This document shows, piece by piece, positions 8,754 through 18,670 of a stretch of DNA of 38,126 nucleotides (positions are counted from its first letter, which is position 1; every line of letters begins with the position of its first letter). The DNA is from Flavobacteriales bacterium (lineage in GTDB: Bacteria; Bacteroidota; Bacteroidia; CAIKAF01). The notes below the pieces were generated by a model, which was not told the DNA's origin, searched no databases, and worked only from the letters and a program-made list of their open reading frames with translations. The position numbers were made by a program, and so were the translations under genes. Where the stretch lies: positions 1 through 38,126 of the forward strand of contig JBEIQI010000003.1 in NCBI GenBank assembly GCA_040376605.1. Direction: 5' to 3'.

Positions 8754-10631
8754 TTACTTTTTGAATAAATAATAACTATCAGCCTCTGGATTCTTGCGGA
8801 TAATAAAAGGGAGATCATAGTATAAGTAATAGAAATTATGTAATATTGGAATGCTTGTTTTAGATAACCAGTTCAATATTCCAAATACAAAAGAATTCTT
8901 GGCCTTGCTTAAATTTGAATTGGGAAAGGCTTTGTGAAGCAGCTCAAACAATACAGGCTTGGGAACACTTTTAAACTCAAAACTGGTTTTAGAAGTAATT
9001 GAATTAACAAGCATGGGATGCAGATCCATGGCGCAGACCATCCCAAAAATCATTCTCGAAAAAAATTGATCTGCTGATGCATTTTTTAAGTCAGCAATTA
9101 ATGAAATTTTATTCCATAAGGATGCCTTAAAAATAATCATGGAAGGATCTACCTTTACTTTTGTTTGATTCAAAATATGTATGATGTTATCCCTGTTGAT
9201 TCGATACTCATCTAATCGTTCATTGCTTCCCACTAAAATGACTCCATTTATTGAGTTCCAGTTAGTAAAAACCATGTTTACCTCATTATACAATGAGCTT
9301 GAAAAAGCAGCCCCAGGCTGAATCCAAGTAACCAATCCTCCTTTTAACCGATCGAATGCTGTTTTAAGTGTTGATCCCAATTCCAATGTATCCGACTCTA
9401 ATAACTGAATCATATACCTTAAATGGGAGAATTCTTGATTAATAAAATCCAATAACTGATTATAACAATCTTTGTAAACTGACAATATAATGGCCTTGTT
9501 ATGATAACCATCATTCACCATCGATTGTAATGTTATTCTTAATAGGTCAATATCCAGTTTTAAAACTGGAACAACTACAAAAATTTGTTGTTGATCCAAA
9601 TGATAAGTTGGAGAAATAGTGGATGCTGAAGTGAGTCCAAAACTTATTTCAGAACCTGCTAAATCCGTAATAACATTTTGAATGGCAGGCTGCAATGAGG
9701 CAGAAAACCGCTCCTTGGCTTGATTCAAAGGCTTGATAGTTAATAGAAACTCTTTAGTATAAAATTGTTTATATCCATACAAATCCACCTCATAATCATA
9801 TTGCTGAAACCTATCCGTCCACCTATTTAAAGCAGTGGCTGTAATTTCAAACCAAGCATCATAAATGGATTTTGAAGTATTTAATTCAGAAAAATGAAAA
9901 TTCTTTGGGTAATTAAGAATTGGCGTTTGGTACTTCCCACTTGTTTGAGCATGCACTCCTAATTCTTCAAAGTTGGTGGTTAAAGATATTCTTGGAAATA
10001 CAAAAAAGAGATTCTGATCAATTAGGTAATGAATAAAATGTTTCTTCCATGAATGAGGCCCCCAGGCTTTTACCTGCTCAGGAACCAGAGATTTTTCAAA
10101 CTTGTCATTATTTAATTCATACCAACTCAGGAACCTACCCCATTGATTTTTATTAAACATTTGCCCCCATGATGAAGGCAATTGTACAAAGTAGTTATCA
10201 AACCCATCTTGTATTGGAATAAAAGGTTGATTTGAAAATTCAGAGACCTGGTAATTATACAAAGAAACACCGGCCACCAAATCATCATTCCGATAAAATG
10301 ATGAAGCTTCTAAAGCATAACTATAATAATAAGGAGAAACGAGTAAATCATCCTCAAGAATGATTATTTCGCCAAATTCATTTACCCAATTGGTACAATA
10401 AAAAATATGATTTTTTAATCCCATATGATGAGATTGAATAATGACCTTCTTTTCTCCAAAATCCCAACGAAAATTATTTGCCATGTCAATCAAATAATTA
10501 TTTCCCGGACCATCAATTGAAATGATAAGGGTAACATTTGTGGTTGGATATTTTGCTTGGGCAATTGAATCCAATAGCCTTTCCAGCGAAAATTGTCGGT
10601 TAAAGCATGGTATGATAATCGCTGGATTCAA
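8754..10631 (-). CDS. Glycosyltransferase family 2-like protein with a second degenerate GT-A-like domain
   Basis: IIIPCFNR, ISIDG and IILEDDL in the N-terminal half; second half begins IFVVVPVL but has no DxD; TTG start. Confidence 0.75.
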   Translation of the reverse strand: MNPAIIIPCFNRQFSLERLLDSIAQAKYPTTNVTLIISIDGPGNNYLIDMANNFRWDFGEKKVIIQSHHMGLKNHIFYCTNWVNEFGEIIILEDDLLVSPYYYSYALEASSFYRNDDLVAGVSLYNYQVSEFSNQPFIPIQDGFDNYFVQLPSSWGQMFNKNQWGRFLSWYELNNDKFEKSLVPEQVKAWGPHSWKKHFIHYLIDQNLFFVFPRISLTTNFEELGVHAQTSGKYQTPILNYPKNFHFSELNTSKSIYDAWFEITATALNRWTDRFQQYDYEVDLYGYKQFYTKEFLLTIKPLNQAKERFSASLQPAIQNVITDLAGSEISFGLTSASTISPTYHLDQQQIFVVVPVLKLDIDLLRITLQSMVNDGYHNKAIILSVYKDCYNQLLDFINQEFSHLRYMIQLLESDTLELGSTLKTAFDRLKGGLVTWIQPGAAFSSSLYNEVNMVFTNWNSINGVILVGSNERLDEYRINRDNIIHILNQTKVKVDPSMIIFKASLWNKISLIADLKNASADQFFSRMIFGMVCAMDLHPMLVNSITSKTSFEFKSVPKPVLFELLHKAFPNSNLSKAKNSFVFGILNWLSKTSIPILHNFYYLYYDLPFIIRKNPEADSYYLFKK

Positions 10632-10709
10632 TTTTTATAAGAAATTAAGTTATCCCAAATTAAAGTATTATTTTTAAGCTAAATTAATTTTAATGCATAT
10701 TAAACCGAG

Positions 10710-12023
10710 TTGGATAATAAAAAACAGAAAATAGCGGTTGTTGGACTTGGTAAATTAGGGGCTTGCTTGGCAGCTATTTTGGCTAGCCATCAATATATAG
10801 TTAATGGAGTTGATATCAATACCAAGATTGTTAATTCTATTAACCAGAGGATTGCTCCGGTTAAAGAAAATGGCCTACAGCAGCTGCTGCAGAAATGTGG
10901 AAAAAATCTAGTGGCTCATACCGACCTAAAGATGGCCGCCATTGAGGCTGAAATCATTTTTTTAGTTTTACCAACACCTAGTAAACCTGATGGTAAATTT
11001 TCATTAAGCTATATTAAAAAGGCCATCAAAAAAATTGGGGAAGGATTAAAATTCAACAAACATAAATTTCCGATCATAGTGCTCACCAGCACGGTTCTTC
11101 CGGGTAATAGCAGACAAATCATTATTCCACAATTAGAAAAATATGCCAACAAAAAATGTGGGGTCGGGTTTGGTTTTTGTTATAATCCAGAGTTTATCGC
11201 TTTAGGCAGTGTTATTAAGGACATGAAAAATCCTGATCTGGTTTTAATTGGTGAATATGATAAGGCATCAGGTGACAAGTTAAGTAAGATTTATGCAAAC
11301 ATTTTAGAAAATAAAGCCCCGATAGAAAGAATCAATCTCGAAAATGCTGAAATCATCAAACTTTCCATCAATACGTTTGTGACCACCAAAATATCCTATG
11401 CCAATATGTTAACAAGCATTTGTCATGAAACACCTGGTGCTAATATTGATGTGGTAAGCCAAACGTTGGGATTGGATTCTAGAATTGGAGAAAAATATTT
11501 AAAGGGAGGATCGCCTTATGGAGGGCCTTGTTTCCCAAGAGATAACAGGGCATTCGTAAAAATGGCGAAGGATAAAAATATTATTGCACATTTGGCCCAA
11601 GGAACCGATAAATTAAATCAAGATCATTTAGCATTTATAATAAAATTGATTCAGGACATCCCTTCCACTATTAAAAAAGTAGGATTGCTAGGGCTCTCCT
11701 ATAAGCCAGAAACATCGGTAACAGAAGAATCCAGTGGAATTAATCTGGCAAAAAAACTGATTCAATTAAAATATGAGGTATCGTATTATGATCCCTTAGT
11801 AAAAGAGGTTGAACTCAAAAAACTGAGTTCTAAAAATCTTAAAAGTATTCTACAAACCAATGATGTGGTGATTGTTTTAAATAATGATAAAGCCTATCAA
11901 AAAATTCGACCTTCAGAAATTAAGGATAAGATTTATATCTTAGACTGCTGGAGGATTCTCAATAATAAGGAATGGAAAAAATATCCTCATCTCATTTCAT
12001 TAGGAGTAGGAAAAATAATTTAG
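10710..12023 (+). CDS. UDP-glucose/GDP-mannose dehydrogenase family protein
   Basis: VVGLGKLG, LPTPS, STVLPG, YNPEF, catalytic GGPCFPRD, GLSYKP. Confidence 0.9.
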   Translation: MDNKKQKIAVVGLGKLGACLAAILASHQYIVNGVDINTKIVNSINQRIAPVKENGLQQLLQKCGKNLVAHTDLKMAAIEAEIIFLVLPTPSKPDGKFSLSYIKKAIKKIGEGLKFNKHKFPIIVLTSTVLPGNSRQIIIPQLEKYANKKCGVGFGFCYNPEFIALGSVIKDMKNPDLVLIGEYDKASGDKLSKIYANILENKAPIERINLENAEIIKLSINTFVTTKISYANMLTSICHETPGANIDVVSQTLGLDSRIGEKYLKGGSPYGGPCFPRDNRAFVKMAKDKNIIAHLAQGTDKLNQDHLAFIIKLIQDIPSTIKKVGLLGLSYKPETSVTEESSGINLAKKLIQLKYEVSYYDPLVKEVELKKLSSKNLKSILQTNDVVIVLNNDKAYQKIRPSEIKDKIYILDCWRILNNKEWKKYPHLISLGVGKII

Positions 12024-12024
12024 T

Positions 12025-12984
12025 ATGAAAAAAGCAATTGTTTGCGGTGCCGGCGGATTTATTGGGAGTCAATTGGTTAAAAAACTGAAGACAAATGGTT
12101 ATTGGGTGAAAGGAATTGACCTTGTTCTGCCTTCCTATGGGGTTAGTGCTGCAGATGAATTTATAATAGGTGATCTTCGCAGCGATCAATTTACTTCATC
12201 CGCTTTACGTGGCACATATGATGAATTATACCAATTAGCTGCCGATATGGGAGGAGCCGGTTATATTTTTACCGGAGAAAATGATGCAGATATTATGATC
12301 AACTCTTCTTTGGTAAACATTCATGTTTTAAATGCTATCAAGAAAAACCATATTGGAAAAATATTTTTTTCATCCTCTGCATGTATTTATCCTCAAGGAT
12401 TACAACAAGAAGAAAAAGATCCAGGACTAAAAGAATCCACTGCCTACCCGGCTGATCCTGATAGTGAATATGGATGGGAAAAAATTTATGGAGAACGTTT
12501 ATACCTTGCACATAAACATTGTTATCAATTGGATGTAAAAATTGCGAGATATCATAACGTATTCGGACCAGAAGGCATTTATGATGGGGGCAAGGAGAAA
12601 GCCATTTCTGCCATTTGTAGAAAAGTTGCGAAGGCGAAGAATGAAGATGTGATAGAAGTATGGGGCACCGGAAAACAAAAACGGTCCTTTTTATTTATTG
12701 ATGAATGTATAGAAGGGACCATCAAGTTGATGGAATCTGAAGAAACGGGACCTTTTAATATTGGATCTGAAGAAATGGTAAGTATTGAAGATCTTACAAA
12801 ATTGATTATCCAGATTTCGGGTAAAAACCTAACCATTAAATATATTGATGGTCCAACAGGGGTTAATGGCCGCAATTCTCAAAACGACCTGATATTTGAA
12901 AAGCTAGGTTGGAAGCCAAACCAGCCTTTGATAAATGGACTTACCATCACCTATGATTGGATCAATCAACAGGTTCATAAGTAA
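12025..12984 (+). CDS. NAD-dependent epimerase, GDP-mannose 3,5-epimerase-like extended SDR
   Basis: GAGGFIG, LAADMGGAGYI, SSACIYP, YGWEK, GGKEKA, GVNGRNS. Confidence 0.85.
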   Translation: MKKAIVCGAGGFIGSQLVKKLKTNGYWVKGIDLVLPSYGVSAADEFIIGDLRSDQFTSSALRGTYDELYQLAADMGGAGYIFTGENDADIMINSSLVNIHVLNAIKKNHIGKIFFSSSACIYPQGLQQEEKDPGLKESTAYPADPDSEYGWEKIYGERLYLAHKHCYQLDVKIARYHNVFGPEGIYDGGKEKAISAICRKVAKAKNEDVIEVWGTGKQKRSFLFIDECIEGTIKLMESEETGPFNIGSEEMVSIEDLTKLIIQISGKNLTIKYIDGPTGVNGRNSQNDLIFEKLGWKPNQPLINGLTITYDWINQQVHK

Positions 12985-12996
12985 TAAATTCCATAT

Positions 12997-14025
12997 TTAA
13001 ATTATATACTCCTGGAAATGTTGGTCTGCATAACCCCAATTCTCCTTATTTACAGTAATTAATTTTTTACTACGAATCATTTCTTCACCCAATTCTGTTA
13101 CAGCATACCAATCGAGTGATGGCTTGTTTTCATAAAATCGAATTTTTTTCAAGGGATCCATGGTGTCCCAACCGTCTCCATGTTGAAGGTGATAGGTGCA
13201 TGCTTCCTTTGGTAAAATTGTTTGGATAAGACCCATGGCCGTTGCCGACATTAAGGCAATGGTATCAATATGCAAAGAATACATTTCTAATTCCTGATAC
13301 CCTTTGATTAGCATCCAGTCATCCCGATGCATCAGGGTAAAATCACCACAAGCATCTGCATCCAATGCCTTAATGATGTGATAAGGCTCTTTCAACAACT
13401 TCTTTGAACGCAAATAGGCATATTGTTGAATCGGCCACCAAATGGCATATTTAAACATTCTTTTATTATGCTCCTTAACCGGATCATATGGCAATTGAGG
13501 ATCCATGCCCAATCTTTTTTTGATGTTATTTTCACAAAACTTCAACTGTTCGGCAACAGAATCCGATTCATTGATAGTTGAAGGAACATCACATCTGTTG
13601 GCTCTATAAAAAATATTTTTTTGAAGGGGATTCGATTTAATCCATTCAAAAATTTGAGAACTAAAAAGTAAATCAATATTGGTGCATAAAATAAAATCTG
13701 CTGAGGATCTTCTAATTCCAACATTCTTCGCAATCATTTGAAACAAAGGAATTGAATGGCTATTTCTTAATTGTTGATGTATTTCGGGAGGAACAATAAC
13801 GTATTTAATTTTTAAATAATCGGAATGGCTTGGTTTGGGTAAGACTTCAAACAATAATGGTTTATCAGCGGGAGGGTTCCAATCCACGAATATTAATTCA
13901 CATGTGAATTGATGTAACTTAGTTTGTGCTATTAAGCCCTTTAAAAAAACATTCATTCGTTTCATGGCATCCCCGCCATGATTGTCATTTCTTGACGTAA
14001 CTACTATAGATAATAAGGGCTTCAA
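12997..14025 (-). CDS. Putative GT-A fold glycosyltransferase-like protein
   Basis: LSIVVTSRNDNHGG, ELIFVDWN, AKNVGIRRSSADFILCTNIDL, GDFTL; GT2-like strand pattern with NxD in place of DxD. Confidence 0.6.
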   Translation of the reverse strand: MKPLLSIVVTSRNDNHGGDAMKRMNVFLKGLIAQTKLHQFTCELIFVDWNPPADKPLLFEVLPKPSHSDYLKIKYVIVPPEIHQQLRNSHSIPLFQMIAKNVGIRRSSADFILCTNIDLLFSSQIFEWIKSNPLQKNIFYRANRCDVPSTINESDSVAEQLKFCENNIKKRLGMDPQLPYDPVKEHNKRMFKYAIWWPIQQYAYLRSKKLLKEPYHIIKALDADACGDFTLMHRDDWMLIKGYQELEMYSLHIDTIALMSATAMGLIQTILPKEACTYHLQHGDGWDTMDPLKKIRFYENKPSLDWYAVTELGEEMIRSKKLITVNKENWGYADQHFQEYII

Positions 14026-15131
14026 GCTATATTTTTAAATTGATTGATGAGGTTTTTAAGCTGTTCAATATAATTTGTTACAGAATAATTGCCTAATATT
14101 TTTTGTTGAAGTTGATGACCCATTTCTTTAGCCAAAGCTCGATCATGTAACAAAACTAACATTTTATCAGCCATTAAATCTATGTCCTTTTCGGCAACTA
14201 AGAAGCCATTTATACCGCTGTCAATAATGTCAGGAATACCTGCATGGATAGTGGAAATTACAGGCAATCCCGCAGCACCGGCTTCCATAATGGCTAATGG
14301 GGTACCTTCAGAATCGTTGTTTTCATCCACCAAAGAATGTTGAACGAAAGCAAAAGATTCAGCATATATATCGGCAATTTGGGCTGCAGATAATGCTCCT
14401 GTAAATTTAATTTTATCCTTTAATCCCAGATCTTCTGCTAATTTTTTACACTCTACCAACAAATCTCCATCGCCAATCATGGTTAATGTAGCCTTATTAT
14501 CTTGTCGGGAAACTTTTGCAAAAGCCTGTATGGTAAATTGAGGTCCCTTTTTTGGAACAAATCGACCACATGCAACCAATTGTTTTTTGCTATCACCGTT
14601 ATGACGTCTTTTAAAAATATCAATATCAATTCCATAAGGTATATAATGTAACTTTTCAAGTGGACAACCCAGTTGAGACAATTGATTCACCATATGTTTG
14701 GAAACCCCAATAATCGCTGCTGCACTTTTGAACATCTCTTTATACTGCTTCCCATAAGTAGATAAAACATCCTTCCTATAGGCATCATAACCATGAAAAT
14801 GAACAATGAGAGGAATATTAAGGGCTTTGCAAATTTCCGCCATTTCAACTCCTGATGGACCATATTCGGCTAAGACTAAATCAACCTTTTGGTCAACCAA
14901 TAGTTTTTTAATGGTTGCCTCGAGCTCCAAAGACCGCTTACCGAATAATGAAGCCAAACTTGATATCGGAGGAACTATGGGAACATCATCAACCATCCCG
15001 TGTAAACTATACCTGGTTGGTAAATAACCATCAAATAAATTTAAGGGATTTTCACTTAAATACTTTCTATGCGAATCAATAAAAGTTTCGGAGTACTTGG
15101 ATTTATTCGTAGAAACTATGGCTATCCTCAT
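14022..15131 (-). CDS. Glycosyltransferase family 4 (WcaL-like)
   Basis: YSETFI, HFHGYD, GRFVPKKG, EGTPLAIMEA, HAGIPD. Confidence 0.9.
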   Translation of the reverse strand: MRIAIVSTNKSKYSETFIDSHRKYLSENPLNLFDGYLPTRYSLHGMVDDVPIVPPISSLASLFGKRSLELEATIKKLLVDQKVDLVLAEYGPSGVEMAEICKALNIPLIVHFHGYDAYRKDVLSTYGKQYKEMFKSAAAIIGVSKHMVNQLSQLGCPLEKLHYIPYGIDIDIFKRRHNGDSKKQLVACGRFVPKKGPQFTIQAFAKVSRQDNKATLTMIGDGDLLVECKKLAEDLGLKDKIKFTGALSAAQIADIYAESFAFVQHSLVDENNDSEGTPLAIMEAGAAGLPVISTIHAGIPDIIDSGINGFLVAEKDIDLMADKMLVLLHDRALAKEMGHQLQQKILGNYSVTNYIEQLKNLINQFKNIA

Positions 15132-16117
15132 TTGTCGATAAACTTACGGAAAATATTTTTTATTGCACTTCTAAAAAAAATAAGGTGCAAAATAAGTAAT
15201 GGCACATAGTAATAATTTGAAATACATAGCTGAAGCAAAATGAGAAAAGGCAAATAATCCAAATAAAAATCATCTAAAAACCGACAGCTAAATCGGCGAT
15301 AATTAACCAAAGTTACCTTATGATTATTTTTTTCTTCCTGAAAATATCTTCTTATAATAAATACTATATAGGCGGGAAATAGTAAATAAAAATCTTCAAT
15401 CACAAATACAAAAAATCCGGTAAACAAAATGATTTCAATGGGTAAAAGGGATCGAACCAGGCGTTCAGCCAATGAAAGTCCATTTTGGGTTGCAAAGGTT
15501 TTTACACCCGCGTTTTTGTCATTAGAATGATCTTGAATTTGGTGTAACACGATTCCTCTTAATCCCACCAGAAGCAGCCAAACATTAATTACAATCAAAA
15601 AATATTTGATTTCGAGATAATTAGCATTTCCAACTAAATAAAAGGTTAAACTCGCCAAAGTGGATGGAATAACATAGGCATATAAAGCATCCGTTAATAC
15701 ACCCAAAATTCCTCTTTCTTTTAATCGAAAAGGAGGCAACGAATACATTAAAAAAAGGAGTACCTCCAACAATATTAATCCATAACTATAAATATTGGTA
15801 GGGAGCCAAACCCATGGTGCAAATGCGACCACTAGTAATATTATTAAAATTATAATTCGAAGAGCAGGTTTCAATTCTCCAATTTTATTGGACTTACCGG
15901 CTCTAAAATCAGATTTAATGTCCGCCCAATCGTTTATCAAATAACCTAGACCAGCTATTCCAAATAGGGTACAATAAGAAATTGACATAAAAAATAAGGC
16001 ATCTATAGGCTTTGTTTGGGTAAATCCTACGAGCATATAGGGCCAACAAATAAGCAATGGAGCTTTGTATTTCCATGGATTACTGAACCGAAGCTTATTG
16101 ATCATTTCAACTAGCAT
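15128..16117 (-). CDS. UbiA-family prenyltransferase-like membrane protein
   Basis: INDWADIKSD...GKSN, YSLPPFRLK, HQIQDHSND...GVKT and many TM helices. Start placed at ATG 16117 (16105 also possible). Confidence 0.8.
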   Translation of the reverse strand: MLVEMINKLRFSNPWKYKAPLLICWPYMLVGFTQTKPIDALFFMSISYCTLFGIAGLGYLINDWADIKSDFRAGKSNKIGELKPALRIIILIILLVVAFAPWVWLPTNIYSYGLILLEVLLFLMYSLPPFRLKERGILGVLTDALYAYVIPSTLASLTFYLVGNANYLEIKYFLIVINVWLLLVGLRGIVLHQIQDHSNDKNAGVKTFATQNGLSLAERLVRSLLPIEIILFTGFFVFVIEDFYLLFPAYIVFIIRRYFQEEKNNHKVTLVNYRRFSCRFLDDFYLDYLPFLILLQLCISNYYYVPLLILHLIFFRSAIKNIFRKFIDK

Positions 16118-16384
16118 AATCGCTAAATTTGATGTGTCCCGCAAAAGTTTGAAAAAAAGTATCTGACGTTAGGTTGTTCAACCGATCTTGATTAAGAACC
16201 AATCGTATCAGAAGGCTAGTGTATTTGTCATACGAAACAGAAACCCGATATCTTTTCTCAATAATATAAAGATGTCTTAAAGGTATATTAGAAAATAAAT
16301 TACACGTTTGGTAAAACTCATCAACTTTCGTAAATTTATCTTTTATCTTTCGTTTAAAAAAATTCATGATTTGTTACGTTAGCA

Positions 16385-17416
16385 ATGCAAGTTGAAATAA
16401 GAAATAAATACTATAATTGGCAACCTGTTCCATCTTCAGTTATTAAAGATAAGCAAATGTCCGAAAATATTCATATTCGCGGATATGAGGTAATCAAAGG
16501 CCTTACGAATGAACAGGTTGATCAACTCAAAGAACTTTTTGACAAAGAGCATCAGTTGGAAATTAAAGATGGAGGTATGTTTTATAGCCTCTATTCCAAA
16601 GACTATGAATATAGAAAAAGGGTTCATGATGAAATTCACGAAATACTGTCACCTTTGTTAGAACAACTATTTACCAATTATAAAAACGTAATTAATTCAT
16701 TTGTTGTAAAGGCACCAGGGCCCAAAAGTGAATTTTATGTCCATCAGGATACTACGGCAATGGATGAGTTTAAGGCTTCTCCATTAAGCTTATGGATACC
16801 CTTACATGATATAACTACTGATAATGGAGCCATGTGCTTGATTGAAAAAACCCATTGGTTCTTTTCGCCTTATCGGGGCGTATCATTTAATTTCCCATTT
16901 ATCAAAATCAACAATACCATTAAAGATTATCTTCAACCCATTCCTTTAAAAAAGGGTGAGATTCTTGTTTTTGATCCACGGCTTATTCATAATTCTCTTG
17001 CCAATCAAACCCAGCAACATCGCATTGCCATTGTATGTGGAATATTTCCTAAAGAGGCAAGGTTTAACACTTGTTTTAAAGATCCCAACATCGAAAATGC
17101 TCCCATTGAAATTTACGAGCATGAGGATGATTATTTATTGAAGTACCCCAATTTCTTTTATAATTGTCATGAACGACCTGTAAGTGGGCATAAAACCAGA
17201 GAGGTGGCAGTTAACGAAAAAGAAATGGATTCAGAAACTTTTATTGAACTCTGTAAGGTAAATCATATCGAAAAGCAAGCATTTATTCAAAAATATTCCG
17301 AAGAAAAATGTCAGATGATTGCCGAACCGGACGGTATCAATAAATTCCCTGAGACCCACTCCGATAATGCACCTGCCGCCAAAAAGAGTTTCCTTGCGAA
17401 GCTATTCAGCAGGTAG
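16385..17416 (+). CDS. PhyH-family Fe(II)/2-oxoglutarate dioxygenase
   Basis: HQD...WIPLHD...NGAM...IHNS..N...RIA; C-terminal tail KKSFLAKLFSR. Confidence 0.88.
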   Translation: MQVEIRNKYYNWQPVPSSVIKDKQMSENIHIRGYEVIKGLTNEQVDQLKELFDKEHQLEIKDGGMFYSLYSKDYEYRKRVHDEIHEILSPLLEQLFTNYKNVINSFVVKAPGPKSEFYVHQDTTAMDEFKASPLSLWIPLHDITTDNGAMCLIEKTHWFFSPYRGVSFNFPFIKINNTIKDYLQPIPLKKGEILVFDPRLIHNSLANQTQQHRIAIVCGIFPKEARFNTCFKDPNIENAPIEIYEHEDDYLLKYPNFFYNCHERPVSGHKTREVAVNEKEMDSETFIELCKVNHIEKQAFIQKYSEEKCQMIAEPDGINKFPETHSDNAPAAKKSFLAKLFSR

Positions 17417-18514
17417 CTTTAAGGTTTCCAGGATCAGTTGATTGAGGTAGCCGGCAAACTTTTTATGACCCTTATTGTTAAAATGATTGGCAATAGTTTT
17501 GCCATCATAATCCTTTTTATCCATCATAGTTGGATAAGTCCATGGAATCTCATTAAAACAATAATCATATGTAGATACAAGGTCCGTTTTTTTTCGGATG
17601 TCAACCGGAGATGGAATACCAACGATGAGCAATTGAATGGCGTTTTGTGTACAATAGTTTTCAATAAACTTTAAATGTTTATAGGTAAATGGTGGTTTTG
17701 GGGGAGGCTCATATAAGTTTTTTCTATTTCTAAAAGTCTTCATTTTATATTCAATGCCCAGGTATAATTTTGAAAACAAAATGGAGTTTCCCATAAATTT
17801 TAAGAAGCCATTTCGTTCTTTCCCGCGTAATGTGTACCAGCTCTGATAAAAGGCAATGGCCGAATTAAAATCCTTGAGCACATAGTTGGGTGGGGCGATC
17901 CTATAGGGTGGTTCTGAATTTAGCCAAGGGCCATGAATGGGTATATAACAAAGGGGTATAAAAGGCTTTGGGGTTCTATCGTAGGTTAATATGTCATTGC
18001 CAAAATAGAAGTGAATTACGATGAGATCAGGCTTTATTTCGGGTGCAAAATGTTCAACAATTAATTTGTATTGCACAGGATCTGCACCGGCTATGCCGTA
18101 GTTTAAAAATGCATATTGTTTTTTATTGCTTAAATAGCCTGCAAATGAATTTGCCATGCTATCACTGCAACAACCATCGAGATATGAATCACCTATGGCC
18201 ATTACGATTTTTTTTCCAGTGGTTCTTCGAATATCATTAATTGTTGCTGAGTCATAGTCAAAAGTTCCAATAAATCCTTGTGAATTAATCTTTGAATCAG
18301 GTTTATAATGACCATCATCTACATAGTGTGATATACCAAATTGGTCACCAAATAAAATAGAATCGTTTACAATTTTTTTAGGCATATATGCCCAGTTAAT
18401 AAGAATTTTGGGCTTATAACCAGCTATTCTAAGGCCTAATTCTGCCAATAAAAACAAGCCGATAAAAACAGCCAACCGAATGAGCCAAATTTTTATCCTG
18501 CTTTCCTTTTTCAT
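17402..18514 (-). CDS. Membrane-anchored SGNH/GDSL hydrolase-like protein
   Basis: N-terminal TM ending ELGLR, INSQGF, GDSY, NYGIAG, GND, HFNNKGH. Confidence 0.75.
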   Translation of the reverse strand: MKKESRIKIWLIRLAVFIGLFLLAELGLRIAGYKPKILINWAYMPKKIVNDSILFGDQFGISHYVDDGHYKPDSKINSQGFIGTFDYDSATINDIRRTTGKKIVMAIGDSYLDGCCSDSMANSFAGYLSNKKQYAFLNYGIAGADPVQYKLIVEHFAPEIKPDLIVIHFYFGNDILTYDRTPKPFIPLCYIPIHGPWLNSEPPYRIAPPNYVLKDFNSAIAFYQSWYTLRGKERNGFLKFMGNSILFSKLYLGIEYKMKTFRNRKNLYEPPPKPPFTYKHLKFIENYCTQNAIQLLIVGIPSPVDIRKKTDLVSTYDYCFNEIPWTYPTMMDKKDYDGKTIANHFNNKGHKKFAGYLNQLILETLKLPAE

Positions 18515-18670
18515 TACTTTGATTCCTAATTAATTACTAAGATAAGGATTTATTGCTTTTATTCGCGGAGTTATTCTACATCACTTTAAGAGTAATTGAC
18601 TTATCAAATTACTAGGTTCGGCTCAATTAAAGATTATGCCCTTCTAACAATTCATTTAAGAAGTTACAAA

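Noticed and set aside
16107-16367. 86-aa minus-strand ORF upstream of the UbiA-like gene
   Set aside because: No recognisable motif, and it fills the space needed for divergent promoters (only 17 nt from the PhyH start at 16385). Probably spurious, though not excluded.
18591-18613. Inverted repeat AGTAATT-N9-AATTACT in the SGNH/AsnB intergenic region
   Set aside because: Only 7 AT-rich bp and no second copy noticed; compatible with chance
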